NCBI GenBank assembly: GCA_036574205.1
Contig: JAINCQ010000010.1
Location: 1 to 30,638 of the forward strand
Direction of reading: 5' to 3'
Origin: Elusimicrobiota bacterium
GTDB taxonomy: Bacteria; Elusimicrobiota; Elusimicrobia; Elusimicrobiales; UBA9959
Length of the DNA: 30,638 nt
Shown here: one piece after another, positions 9,074 to 18,530 of the stretch
Layout: the number at the start of each line of letters is the position of its first letter
How positions within the stretch are numbered: the stretch's first letter is position 1
Position numbers and translations under genes: made by a program
Notes under the pieces: generated by a model
Told to the model about the DNA's origin: nothing
What the model saw: the letters and a program-made list of their open reading frames with translations, nothing else
Databases searched by the model: none

Positions 9074-10408
9074 ATGCAAACTGAAAATATAGGCAATATA
9101 TTTAAGTCTAAAGATCTTGCCAACAAAGTTATATTTGTACTAATCGCCATTGCTGCTTATAGAGTTGGCGCCTCAATACCTATTCCCGGGGTTAATCCCA
9201 GCGCATTAAAGGCACTTTTTGAAGCAAACAAAGGTGGAATTTTAGGTTTTCTTGATATTTTTTCTGGAGGCGCTCTTGGGAGACTTTCAATTTTTTCTCT
9301 TGGGGTTATGCCATATATAAACGCATCTATTATAATGAGCCTTGTTCAGGGGTCGCATATATTTCCATATATAGAAAGATTATCAAAAGAGGGGGAGACT
9401 GGAAGAAGAAAAATAACACAAATAACAAGGCTTTTTACACTTTTGCTTGCAGGAGTTCAGTCTTTTGGTTTAAGTATGGCATTAAATCATATGCCTGTTC
9501 CTGGCGGAATGCCAATAGTATATAATCCAGATTTTTTCTTTTATCTTACAGCTATTTTATCAATGACAACTGGAACAATTCTAATTATGTGGATAGGGGA
9601 GCAGATAACTGAAAGAGGAATTGGAAACGGTATATCTCTTATAATATTTACGGGAATAGTGGATAGATTGCCAAAAGCGATAATGGATATGTTTAAACTT
9701 GTTCAACTTGAGGAAATTAGTCTACTTTCCGCCCTTTTGATACTTGGATTAGTAGTTGTTATAATGGCTTTTGTAGTATGGCTTGAAACTGCGCAAAGGA
9801 AGATTCCTGTTCAATATGCTCAAAGGATGGTTGGCAGGAAAATGTATGGTGGTGTTTCAACCTTTTTGCCACTTAAAGTAGATCAGTCTGGAGTTATAGC
9901 TGTAATATTTGCGGTTTCCTTTATGACACTTCCATATACTATAACCACATTTAACCCAAATTCGCAGATTGCCCAGAAGATTATGGCTTATATGAACCAT
10001 TCAAGTCTTCTCTATCAATTTATTTATATGGCTCTTATAATATTTTTCTGTTATTTTTATAATTCTGTTGCAATTAATCCAAAAGACCTTGCAGAGAATA
10101 TGAAAAAGTGGGGAGGATTTATCCCTGGCATAAGACCAGGGGAAGCTACCGCGAAATATATTGAAGATATTCTTAGCAGAATTACTCTTGGTGGAGCGCT
10201 TGCGGTTTCATTTATTGCTATACTTCCAGATTACCTTAAATCAAAGTTTGCTGTTCCTTTCTATTTTGGTGGCACTTCGCTTTTGATTGTAGTCGGAGTG
10301 GCTCTTGACACTATAGCCCAGCTTGAAGCGCATCTTTTAATGAGAAATTATGAGGGGTTATATAAGAATAAAAAAATACAGGGAAGATGGTTTAACGTTG
10401 GAAAATAG
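9074..10408 (+). CDS. secY: preprotein translocase subunit SecY
   Basis: SIFSLGVMPYINASII, GEQITERGIGNGISLIIF, GGFIPGIRPG, FGGTSLLIVVGV; multiple TM segments. Confidence 0.99.
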   Translation: MQTENIGNIFKSKDLANKVIFVLIAIAAYRVGASIPIPGVNPSALKALFEANKGGILGFLDIFSGGALGRLSIFSLGVMPYINASIIMSLVQGSHIFPYIERLSKEGETGRRKITQITRLFTLLLAGVQSFGLSMALNHMPVPGGMPIVYNPDFFFYLTAILSMTTGTILIMWIGEQITERGIGNGISLIIFTGIVDRLPKAIMDMFKLVQLEEISLLSALLILGLVVVIMAFVVWLETAQRKIPVQYAQRMVGRKMYGGVSTFLPLKVDQSGVIAVIFAVSFMTLPYTITTFNPNSQIAQKIMAYMNHSSLLYQFIYMALIIFFCYFYNSVAINPKDLAENMKKWGGFIPGIRPGEATAKYIEDILSRITLGGALAVSFIAILPDYLKSKFAVPFYFGGTSLLIVVGVALDTIAQLEAHLLMRNYEGLYKNKKIQGRWFNVGK

Positions 10409-10471
10409 TTCTATAACATTTCAAGGTATTTAATGTAGGCTGCCTAATAATTTTTATTGAGGGGGTTTTGA

Positions 10472-11107
10472 ATGAATATAATTTTTTTAGGATATCCAGG
10501 ATCTGGTAAGGGCACTCAAGCAAAACTTCTTGTTTCAAACAGGAAATTTACTCATTTATCGACAGGGGATTTATTTAGAGATGAGATATCAAAAAAAACT
10601 TTGCTTGGTGAAAAAGTTAAATCATACATAAACAGTGGCAAGCTTGTTCCCGATAATGTAGTGCTTGAAGTAATAGAAAATAAAATAAAAAATATATCAG
10701 ACAATATTCTTTTTGACGGTTTTCCAAGAACAGTAGAACAGGCAGATGGTCTTGAAAAATTAATGATGAGATTATCAAAGAATATAGATAAAGTTTTCTT
10801 TTTTGATATTGATGAAAAAAAAGTTATTTCAAGGATAGTTGCAAGAAGAAGCTGTCCTAAATGCGGAAGAATTTACAACCTTATAACAGACCCACCAAAA
10901 AACGATGAGAATTGTGATAATTGTGGTGTAAAACTTATTCAAAGAGAAGATGATAAAGAAGATGTTGTTTTAAAGAGGATAGAGGTTTATAAGGCTCTTA
11001 CTGCTCCTTTGATTTCTTATTATAAAGCTCAGGGAATCTTTGTAATTCTGGATGCTTCAAAAAGCGTTGATGAAATATACGAACAGATAGTAAAATATCT
11101 TAATTGA
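10472..11107 (+). CDS. adk: adenylate kinase with zinc lid
   Basis: P-loop GYPGSGKGTQA, HLSTGDLFR, DGFPRT, lid CPKC...CDNC, QREDD. Confidence 0.97.
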   Translation: MNIIFLGYPGSGKGTQAKLLVSNRKFTHLSTGDLFRDEISKKTLLGEKVKSYINSGKLVPDNVVLEVIENKIKNISDNILFDGFPRTVEQADGLEKLMMRLSKNIDKVFFFDIDEKKVISRIVARRSCPKCGRIYNLITDPPKNDENCDNCGVKLIQREDDKEDVVLKRIEVYKALTAPLISYYKAQGIFVILDASKSVDEIYEQIVKYLN

Positions 11108-11862
11108 TGATAGATATAAAAAATGAGAGTCAACTGAATCTTATAAGAAAGGCATCTCAGATTGTCGCCGAAACCCTTAAACTTGTTAAAGAAAACGCCA
11201 GAGCTGGGGTTTCAACTGCTTATCTTGATGAGATAGCTTATAAAAATATAACAAAAAACAAGGCTAAACCTGCTTTTTTGGGGTATCATGGATATCCGAA
11301 AACTGCATGCATATCTATAAATGAGGAAGTAATTCACGGAATACCTTCCGATAAAAAAATAATTAAAGAAGGGGATGTTGTAAGTGTTGATCTTGGGGCT
11401 GTTTATGAGGATTATTATGGGGATGCGGCTATCACATTTATTGTAGGAAAACCAAAAAAGAAGGAGCATATAAGATTGATAGAAGTATGTGAAAAAGCTC
11501 TTTATGAAGGGCTTAATGTTTTAAAAGATGGTGTAATGCTTGGAGATGTTTCATATGCTATTGGCTCATATGTTTTTAAGAACAAAATGGATGTTTTAAG
11601 GGATTTTACAGGTCACGGGATAGGAAGAAATCTTCATGAGGATCCTGTAATATTCAACTATGGTCTTAAAAATACAGGACATATTTTAAGAGAGGGAATG
11701 ACACTTGCAATAGAGCCTATGATTACGCTTGGCAGATCAGATGTAAAAATTAAGGAAGATGGATGGACTGTTGTTACGGTTGATGGATCGTATTCTGCTC
11801 ATTTTGAACATACTGTATGCGTTAAAAAAAATGGTTTTGAGATATTAAGTATGGTTCCTTAA
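11107..11862 (+). CDS. map: type I methionine aminopeptidase
   Basis: CISINEEVIHGIP, GHGIGRNLHEDP, AIEPM, SAHFEHT; TGATG coupling with adk puts the start at 11107. Confidence 0.97.
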   Translation: MIDIKNESQLNLIRKASQIVAETLKLVKENARAGVSTAYLDEIAYKNITKNKAKPAFLGYHGYPKTACISINEEVIHGIPSDKKIIKEGDVVSVDLGAVYEDYYGDAAITFIVGKPKKKEHIRLIEVCEKALYEGLNVLKDGVMLGDVSYAIGSYVFKNKMDVLRDFTGHGIGRNLHEDPVIFNYGLKNTGHILREGMTLAIEPMITLGRSDVKIKEDGWTVVTVDGSYSAHFEHTVCVKKNGFEILSMVP

Positions 11863-11881
11863 TTTTAAAAAAGACATATAT

Positions 11882-12802
11882 ATGATGAAAACAAAATATA
11901 AAAAAAATATATCACACAAAGTAGAGAGAGTTTTAAAAATTGTCAGTATGGCATATCGCGGGAGGCTTAAAAAAGCAGGGAATCTTGCAAAAGAGTTTGG
12001 TGTTTCAGTAAGAACAATACAAAGAGATTTTAATGATATAAGAAAAGAGATTAACAATTTTGACGAACTTATGCCTGAAAATTATACTGGCAAAAGTGAT
12101 ATTGCTATGGTAAAAAATATGTTTCTCAATTTTTCAAAAGCGTTTGGATCTGATATATATGAAGCTGCAAAATCTATTTTAGGATCAAAAAGTGAAAGAA
12201 CTCTTGAGATTATATCTCTTTTTCCAAAAATAAAAAGCGACAGCCCAAATTATAAAAAATATATAGCCAAAGTGAAAGAAGCGGTTGAATTAAGCAAGAA
12301 GATAAGACTCTGGTATTCCAAAAACGGTCAAAAAAAAGAATATGAACTGGATGTTTGTCCAGTTTCAGTGGTTTATTATGATGGGTTTCTTTATCTTTTA
12401 TGTTATTGTGGCTATGATCAGACAAATATAAGAACATATAGATTTGATAGAATTTTTAAGATGGAAGTTCTTGATGAAAGTTTTGTTTGTAGTTTTGATC
12501 GAAATTTTATATCAAATATTTCTAGTGTATGGGGTATAACTGGAGATAGTAATCTTATTAAAGTTAAGATCAGGGCTTATGATTGGGCAAAGGATTTTTT
12601 CCTTAATTTTGATGTTATGAGAGATCAGAAATCTATAGATAAGAAAGATTTTGTTGAGGTAAGTGGAAAGGTAGCAAATATAAACGAGATAGTGCCTTAT
12701 ATTCTCAAATTTATGCCAAAGGTTTGTATAGTCGAAAATGAAATTCTAAAAAAAGAGATAAACTCAAGAGTAAAGGAGTACATAGACAAATATGGGAAAT
12801 GA
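11882..12802 (+). CDS. WYL-domain transcriptional regulator (wHTH-WYL-WCX architecture)
   Basis: HTH LAKEFGVSVRTIQRDF; WYL core IRLWY...CPVSVVYYDGFLYLLCY...RTYRFDRI; C-terminal ILKFMPKVCIV resembling WCX. Confidence 0.85.
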   Translation: MMKTKYKKNISHKVERVLKIVSMAYRGRLKKAGNLAKEFGVSVRTIQRDFNDIRKEINNFDELMPENYTGKSDIAMVKNMFLNFSKAFGSDIYEAAKSILGSKSERTLEIISLFPKIKSDSPNYKKYIAKVKEAVELSKKIRLWYSKNGQKKEYELDVCPVSVVYYDGFLYLLCYCGYDQTNIRTYRFDRIFKMEVLDESFVCSFDRNFISNISSVWGITGDSNLIKVKIRAYDWAKDFFLNFDVMRDQKSIDKKDFVEVSGKVANINEIVPYILKFMPKVCIVENEILKKEINSRVKEYIDKYGK

Positions 12803-14249
12803 GTTTTTTAAGGAGTTTTTATCAATCCATGATAGATATAGATTTGAGATTAAAATTAATCTGGATGAAGATATATCAGGTGGAGTTCATAAAATAGAAT
12901 ATTATTTCTTTTTACCGGCATCTCTTAATATCTCCCATTACACATATGATAAAAATCAGTTTTATTCTTCGCTTCAAAGATATATAAGATACCAGAGTCC
13001 AGAGATGGGGGTTGAAGATACTTTTAAATCTTCCAATCAACTTTCGCCATATAATAAAACTATCAATTTACTTGATATGTTAAAGGATTCACCTACAAAT
13101 AAATTTCTGATAGAAACAGCAGTGGACGAAATTAAACTAATTGGCAGCATTATCAAAGCGGAGGTAAATAAGACTTATTCTTGTATTTCTGCTTTGGCGT
13201 CTCGAGATGATGTTATAAAAGCCTCAAATCACTTAATTTCAATCTCAGATATAATTTTGTCTGGAATGATGGAATTAAAAAAGAAAATTTCTTCATTTAA
13301 TTACGAAAGCAAAATTATAGATAGTTTTAGATATCTTGATGAGTATATAACTATGCTGGAGCTTGAAACTTTTATTAATATCATAAAATTATACAATAAT
13401 CAGCTTCCAGATGAAATCTCTGGAAAAATCCAGAAAAAAATAGAGGAACTGGATAATTATAGAAAGATAGAAAAATTTTTGTGTTTTTGCGAAGACAATG
13501 CTGATTTTTTTTTATATTACAGGGGTCTTCTTAAAAAATTTATATCAAGCTGCTTGTTCTTAAAATCAGAACCTACATTTAACCTTTACAATCATATTAT
13601 TTCGGGGGTGGCAAGCGCCACTGCTATGTTATTTGCCATAATAGTTATGATATATGCTCAGATAAAATATTCAGTTACAAGTCTGATATTTATAATAATA
13701 GCGGTTATAAGTTATGTTTTTAAGGATAGAATAAAAGAATTTGTCAAGATTATGTTTTCTAAAAAAGCCGTGAACTTTATATTTGATAGAAAAATAAAAA
13801 TAACCGAGCCAGTTCATGATATAAGAATAGGTTATATCAAAGAATCTTTTGCCATACTTTCCGCGTCAAGCGTAAATGAAGAAATAATAAATGTAAGAAA
13901 TAATGATAATGTGGATATAATAGATGAAGATGCCAAGATTGAGGTTGTGCTTAAATACAAGAAGGAGATAAAGTTAAATTACGATATCATAAAAAAATAC
14001 CATACAAGGCGTAAAAAACTTTTAACGATAATAAGATTTTCTATATCAGATTTTCTTAAACATACAGATGATGATGAGGTTGTTTACAATGTTCTTAAAG
14101 ATGGAAATATTAAATCCGTAAAAGCGAAAAGAACGTATCATATGAATGTTGTGGTAAAATATTTTTCAAAAAAACTTGATGCAGTATATGAAAGATATAG
14201 GATAATATTCAATAGAAGTGGTATAATAAAGGTAGAGAGGATGACGTAG
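12792..14249 (+). CDS. hypothetical membrane protein with two central TM helices
   Basis: 485-aa ORF with SD AAGGAG, overlapping the WYL gene by 11 nt; hydrophobic pair IISGVASATAMLFAIIVMIYA / VTSLIFIIIAVISYVF; no motif I recognise. Confidence 0.8.
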   Translation: MGNEFFKEFLSIHDRYRFEIKINLDEDISGGVHKIEYYFFLPASLNISHYTYDKNQFYSSLQRYIRYQSPEMGVEDTFKSSNQLSPYNKTINLLDMLKDSPTNKFLIETAVDEIKLIGSIIKAEVNKTYSCISALASRDDVIKASNHLISISDIILSGMMELKKKISSFNYESKIIDSFRYLDEYITMLELETFINIIKLYNNQLPDEISGKIQKKIEELDNYRKIEKFLCFCEDNADFFLYYRGLLKKFISSCLFLKSEPTFNLYNHIISGVASATAMLFAIIVMIYAQIKYSVTSLIFIIIAVISYVFKDRIKEFVKIMFSKKAVNFIFDRKIKITEPVHDIRIGYIKESFAILSASSVNEEIINVRNNDNVDIIDEDAKIEVVLKYKKEIKLNYDIIKKYHTRRKKLLTIIRFSISDFLKHTDDDEVVYNVLKDGNIKSVKAKRTYHMNVVVKYFSKKLDAVYERYRIIFNRSGIIKVERMT

Positions 14250-14251
14250 GT

Positions 14252-15355
14252 ATGGAAATAGAAGGAATAGGAATAATTGGAGCCAATAAACAAACAGCAA
14301 TTTTTGCTCATAAACTTGCGTTAAAAGGTTTTCAGGTCAGAATTTACGATAGTTTTAAAGATAGTCTTAATCTACTTATGTCCAGGCTTAAATGGTCGCT
14401 TGAGCGCCAAGGTAAGTTAGAAGCCCTATCAAATGTTGAAGCGATACAGGATTATTCCAAATTTAAAGGGGCTGATTTGATAATAGAAACTTTAAACAAA
14501 ACATTTGAGGAAAGATATCTCTATTTTTCCAAGATTCTTAAAGAAGTTGACAATAACTGCATAATAGCGATTAATTCATCTATACCTATTATAAGCAGTT
14601 TTGAGAAAATTCCATTTCTTCCAGCTGAAAGGGTTGTTGGGATAAATTTTTCTATGGTTTTCCCCTATTCCATAATAGAGATTGCAAAAACTCAGTATAC
14701 AGAACTATCTTTAATAGAAAGGATAGCCTCTTTTATAGATCGGCTTGGTTCAAAGTATGTAATAATAAGCGATAAACCAGGCGGAATATTGATGAGATTA
14801 AACAGGATATATATTAATTCAGCATTTACCACTCTTTTTAGAGGTAAGGGATTTCCGAATGAGATAGATTCAGCAATAAAGGAATTAACCGGATCAAGTT
14901 ATGGTCCATTTGAGTTTGTGGATATACTCGGGATAGATTATGATTATAATTCATCTTTGAGCATTTATGAAATGCTTGGTAAAAGAGAACTATATCCGCA
15001 TGAACTTGAACTCAAACTTTTACAATATGGACAATTGGGCAAAAAATCAAATCTTGGAATTTATATATATGAAGATGGAAATATAGTTGGAGAAAATCCT
15101 ATACTGCCAAACATAATTAAATATCTTGGGCTTAAGAAAGTTGATAACAAAGAAATTTTTTCGGATATAATGATCCCAATTCTTAATGAAGCTAAAGAGA
15201 TAGCAAAAGAAATAATGGTTGGAGAGCAGGATATAGAGAATGTTACTAAATTTAATTTTGGATGGAGTTCTGGAATATTTGGGATGCTAAAAAAATACCC
15301 TGATTTATTTGTTGTGAAGGAAAAATCAGAATTTGATAATTTAGATACTTTTTAA
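14252..15355 (+). CDS. 3-hydroxyacyl-CoA dehydrogenase family protein with degenerate active-site motifs
   Basis: GIIGA Rossmann start, GADLIIE, PAERVVG, DKPGGI..RL, EID, GPFEFVDILGID, GQLGKKSNLGIY match the 3HCDH N and C domains. Confidence 0.75.
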   Translation: MEIEGIGIIGANKQTAIFAHKLALKGFQVRIYDSFKDSLNLLMSRLKWSLERQGKLEALSNVEAIQDYSKFKGADLIIETLNKTFEERYLYFSKILKEVDNNCIIAINSSIPIISSFEKIPFLPAERVVGINFSMVFPYSIIEIAKTQYTELSLIERIASFIDRLGSKYVIISDKPGGILMRLNRIYINSAFTTLFRGKGFPNEIDSAIKELTGSSYGPFEFVDILGIDYDYNSSLSIYEMLGKRELYPHELELKLLQYGQLGKKSNLGIYIYEDGNIVGENPILPNIIKYLGLKKVDNKEIFSDIMIPILNEAKEIAKEIMVGEQDIENVTKFNFGWSSGIFGMLKKYPDLFVVKEKSEFDNLDTF

Positions 15356-15395
15356 AAAATATTTTCTAGACGTAAATGAATATTAAAATAAAAAA

Positions 15396-15423
15396 TTGAC
15401 AAAATTTAATTTTTTTATATAAT
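15396..15423 (+). promoter_or_regulatory. consensus sigma70 promoter for the arginine decarboxylase/agmatinase genes
   Basis: TTGACA (15396-15401), 16 nt, TATAAT (15418-15423); ATG follows after 7 nt. Confidence 0.8.
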
Positions 15424-15430
15424 TTAGTAT

Positions 15431-15976
15431 ATGACAATGATACCAAAAGAAGTTTTCCTGACCAAAGGTATAGGAAGACATAAAGAAAAACTTGCAAGTT
15501 TCGAAGAATCGCTTAGAGATGCTCAGATAGCGAGGTTTAATCTTGTTCATGTTTCAAGCATTCTTCCTCCCAACTGTAAACTGATATCCAGACAGAAGGG
15601 ACTTTCCAAACTAAAAAGCGGGCAGATTGTTCACTGCGTTATGAGTAGAAATTCTGTCAACGAAAATCATAGGCTGATAGCTGCATCTATCGGAATGGCA
15701 GTGCCAAAAGATAGAAATCATTACGGGTATATCTCAGAGCATCACTCTTTTGGCGAAACGGATGAACAAACCGGGGAATATGCTGAGGATCTTGCAGCTT
15801 TAATGCTTTCCACAATTCAGGGGATAGAGTTTGCTCAAGATACTACATGGGACCAGAAGGAAGAGATATGGAAGATGAGTGGAAAGATAGTCAGAACTAT
15901 GAATATAACGCAATCCGCCATAGGAGTTAGCGGGATGTGGACAACTGTCGTTGCTGCTGCTGTTTTTGTCTTTTAA
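15431..15976 (+). CDS. pdaD: pyruvoyl-dependent arginine decarboxylase
   Basis: SFEESLRDA, NLVHVSSILPP (Ser-Ser autocleavage site), GYISEH, WTTVVAAAVF; next to agmatinase. Confidence 0.9.
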   Translation: MTMIPKEVFLTKGIGRHKEKLASFEESLRDAQIARFNLVHVSSILPPNCKLISRQKGLSKLKSGQIVHCVMSRNSVNENHRLIAASIGMAVPKDRNHYGYISEHHSFGETDEQTGEYAEDLAALMLSTIQGIEFAQDTTWDQKEEIWKMSGKIVRTMNITQSAIGVSGMWTTVVAAAVFVF

Positions 15977-16012
15977 TTTTAAAAACCTAAATAAAATATA
16001 ACAAGTTATATT

Positions 16013-16903
16013 ATGGAAACTTGCTTTTTTCTCAAAAAAGGAAAGGATCAGTTTGTTTTTGATTCTAAAATAAAACCTGAGTCAGCTAAGTTTTTGATAA
16101 TTCCAGTTCCTTATGAACAGACAACTTCCTATGGAAAAGGAACAAAATATGGACCACAGGAAATAATAAAAGCATCTTCTCAGCTTGAGTTATGGGATGA
16201 GGAATTAAAAGAAGATGTTTATAAAGTTGGAATCTTTACTGCTGAAGCTTTAAAATTTACCAATAATGAAAAATTATTTTTTAAAAAGATCGGAGATTAT
16301 GTAAATAATCTTTTAAGGGTGTACAAAGGATTTCCAATATTTTTAGGTGGTGAGCATAGTATAACTCAGGGACTAATACCTCCTTTTGCTCAAAAATACG
16401 ATAACCTTTCAATTTTACATTTTGATGCTCATGCTGATTTAAGGTCTGAATATGAAGGAAGCGTTCACAGTCATGCCTGTGCTCTTTATCCAGCATCTTT
16501 AAGATTAAAGGTTGTTCAAATAGGGATAAGAAGTGTTGCAAGCGAAGAAAAACATTTAATAAATAAAGGCAATGTGAAAACTTTTTTGATGCATGAAAAT
16601 TTAGATATTAAAACGCTTAAAAGAAAAATAATAAATGATCTTGGTGAAAATGTTTATCTTACAATTGACGTAGATGGTTTTGATCCTTCAATTATGCCGG
16701 CTACCGGAACTCCTCAGCCAGGTGGCTTTATGTGGTATGATGCTCTTGAAATTTTTAAAGAGATTATTTTCAAAAAAAATGTTGTTGGATTTGATGTTGT
16801 TGAAGTCAGCCCTGTTAAAAATTCTATTATCACTGAATTTAACGCCGCAAAGTTAATATATCGTTTGATTGGATATATATCCAGAAAAAGAAAATATATT
16901 TGA
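16013..16903 (+). CDS. speB: agmatinase (ureohydrolase family)
   Basis: PYEQTTSYGKGTKYGP, GGEHSIT, HFDAHADL, DVDGFDP, TGTPQPGG. Confidence 0.92.
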   Translation: METCFFLKKGKDQFVFDSKIKPESAKFLIIPVPYEQTTSYGKGTKYGPQEIIKASSQLELWDEELKEDVYKVGIFTAEALKFTNNEKLFFKKIGDYVNNLLRVYKGFPIFLGGEHSITQGLIPPFAQKYDNLSILHFDAHADLRSEYEGSVHSHACALYPASLRLKVVQIGIRSVASEEKHLINKGNVKTFLMHENLDIKTLKRKIINDLGENVYLTIDVDGFDPSIMPATGTPQPGGFMWYDALEIFKEIIFKKNVVGFDVVEVSPVKNSIITEFNAAKLIYRLIGYISRKRKYI

Positions 16904-16939
16904 AAAGAATAATTAACAATAATTTTGTATTATATTTTT

Positions 16940-17587
16940 ATGAAAAAGCAAATTCTTTTATTTTTTATTTTTTTTATTCCTGTTTTCGCCTATCCACGGC
17001 CGCATACCAACAAAACAGATCAGATAATAGTTAAGTTAAAGAAGAAGATAAGTTTAAGCTTTTTTAACGAGAAGTTAAAAAAAATAGATGTTAGTCAGAG
17101 AAAAGGGCTTAAGATTCAAAGGGAGTTTGACACAGATAAATATATAATAAAACTAAATGGAAGGAAAAATTATTTAGAGATAGAAGAGATAATAAATGAA
17201 TTAAAAAAAGAATTTGAAATAGAATATGCCGAACCTGATAAAATAGCTTATCCTCTATTAATACCAAATGATTATGGCTTTCAATGGCATTATAAAAGCA
17301 CTTCTACTGAAATTGGCGCAATAAACTTGCCTCAGGCCTGGGATATTACAACAGGATCAACATCTACAATTGTCGCAGTCCTTGATACTGGAATACTTCC
17401 TCACGAAGATTTATCCAGTTCAAAGATTCTTGGTGGTTATGACATGATATCTAATTCTGATTGGGCAAGGGATGGTAATGGATATGATTCAAATCCACGT
17501 GATGAAGGTGACTGGCTTGACGCTAATGATCAAGATTGTGGCGATGGAGAATTTCATTGAAGCACATGGCATGGACTTCATGTAACT
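16940..17587 (+). pseudogene. truncated secreted S8 (subtilisin-like) serine protease
   Basis: Signal peptide MKKQILLFFIFFIPVFA, propeptide ending IEYAEPD, AWDITTG, catalytic Asp motif VAVLDTG; TGA at 17558-17560; in-frame STWHGLHVT His motif right after; no GTSMA Ser motif follows. Confidence 0.8.
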
Positions 17588-17867
17588 TCTATTGGAACTG
17601 AAATTAATCTTGGCAGCCTTATTTTGGGCTATGCCATTAGGTTCCCTGAGGTTTTTGGCAACAACATGCAACGATTTTCTATAACATATTTTTTTGGCTC
17701 CTTTAAAGAAAGTCACAAAAAGACTCCAACAAAAACTTTACCTAAGAATTATCGGATAGAAAAAAAAGATAAAAAGAAAACAAACGAATTGGATGGGATA
17801 ATCATATTTTAAGTCTCCTTAAAAAATGAAATTTGCTAAATATTTTTATCATTTTTGGACTTTTTTA

Positions 17868-17897
17868 TTGGTGGTGATATTTCAAAAATGATAAAAT
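17868..17897 (+). promoter_or_regulatory. putative extended -10 promoter
   Basis: TTGGTG (17868-17873), 18 nt, TAAAAT (17892-17897) preceded by TG (17889-17890); ATG after 6 nt. Confidence 0.55.
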
Positions 17898-17903
17898 AGA
17901 ATT

Positions 17904-18530
17904 ATGGAAATTGCTTATGAAGTTAAAAACGGACTTTATCTTAATATAACAAATAGATGTCCTAACTCCTGTACCTTTTGCATGAAATTTAAAGGTCATA
18001 TGAATTATATGAAATATAACTTAAAGCTTTTAAAAGAGCCTGATTATGATCCAATTAAAAAAGATATTGAAGATCATTTTTCCAGAAAAAAATATGATGA
18101 GATTGTTTTTTGCGGTTATGGAGAACCAACAATGAGGTTCGATTTGATTAAAGATGTTGCAAAATCTATAAGAGAGGGAAAATTTAATAATGTTCCTGTT
18201 AATATAAGGATAAGAATTAACACAAATGGGCTTGGCAATCTTATAAATAAGAGAGATATAACAACTGAGATGAAAGGTTTAATTGATGCTCTTCATATAA
18301 GTGTTAATACGGTTAATCCAAAGCAGTGGATTGAGATAATGAGACCATTAAAAGAATTTAAAGAAAATGGTTTTGCTGCGGTTATTGATTTTGTAAAAAG
18401 CGCTAAAGATAATGTTAATGAGGTTGTTGTTACCGCTGTGGATTTGAAAGAGGTTGATATACAGGCGGTTATGCGTTTTGCCAGATCACTGGGGGTTAAT
18501 TTTAGGTTAAGGCCTTTTATTGAATTATGA
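17904..18530 (+). CDS. radical SAM protein resembling the TatD-associated family
   Basis: LYLNITNRCPNSCTFC (CxxxCxxC), EIVFCGYGEPT, RINTNGLGNLIN. Confidence 0.85.
   Translation: MEIAYEVKNGLYLNITNRCPNSCTFCMKFKGHMNYMKYNLKLLKEPDYDPIKKDIEDHFSRKKYDEIVFCGYGEPTMRFDLIKDVAKSIREGKFNNVPVNIRIRINTNGLGNLINKRDITTEMKGLIDALHISVNTVNPKQWIEIMRPLKEFKENGFAAVIDFVKSAKDNVNEVVVTAVDLKEVDIQAVMRFARSLGVNFRLRPFIEL

Noticed and set aside
10437..10447. TAGGCTGCCTA inverted repeat between secY and adk
   Set aside because: Too short for a stable terminator and no independent support for a regulatory role.
5535..11107. Zinc-binding Cys motifs in L24, S14 and Adk as a novelty
   Set aside because: These C+ variants are common in many bacteria.
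1691..11469. Minus-strand ORFs inside the ribosomal cluster (e.g. 3642-4223, 8621-9079)
   Set aside because: Antisense shadows of well-identified genes with no recognisable domains.
17558..17560. TGA recoding (Trp, Gly or Sec) in the S8 protease
   Set aside because: TGA is the normal stop of rpsH, adk and speB here, and read-through would still give no catalytic Ser motif.
17489..17812. ORF 17489-17716 (-), faintly Xre-HTH-like (KNLREPNGIAQ), and ORF 17624-17812 (+) as genes
   Set aside because: Neither has a well-placed SD or convincing motif; the first runs antisense into the protease remnant and the second is just the continuation of its frame.
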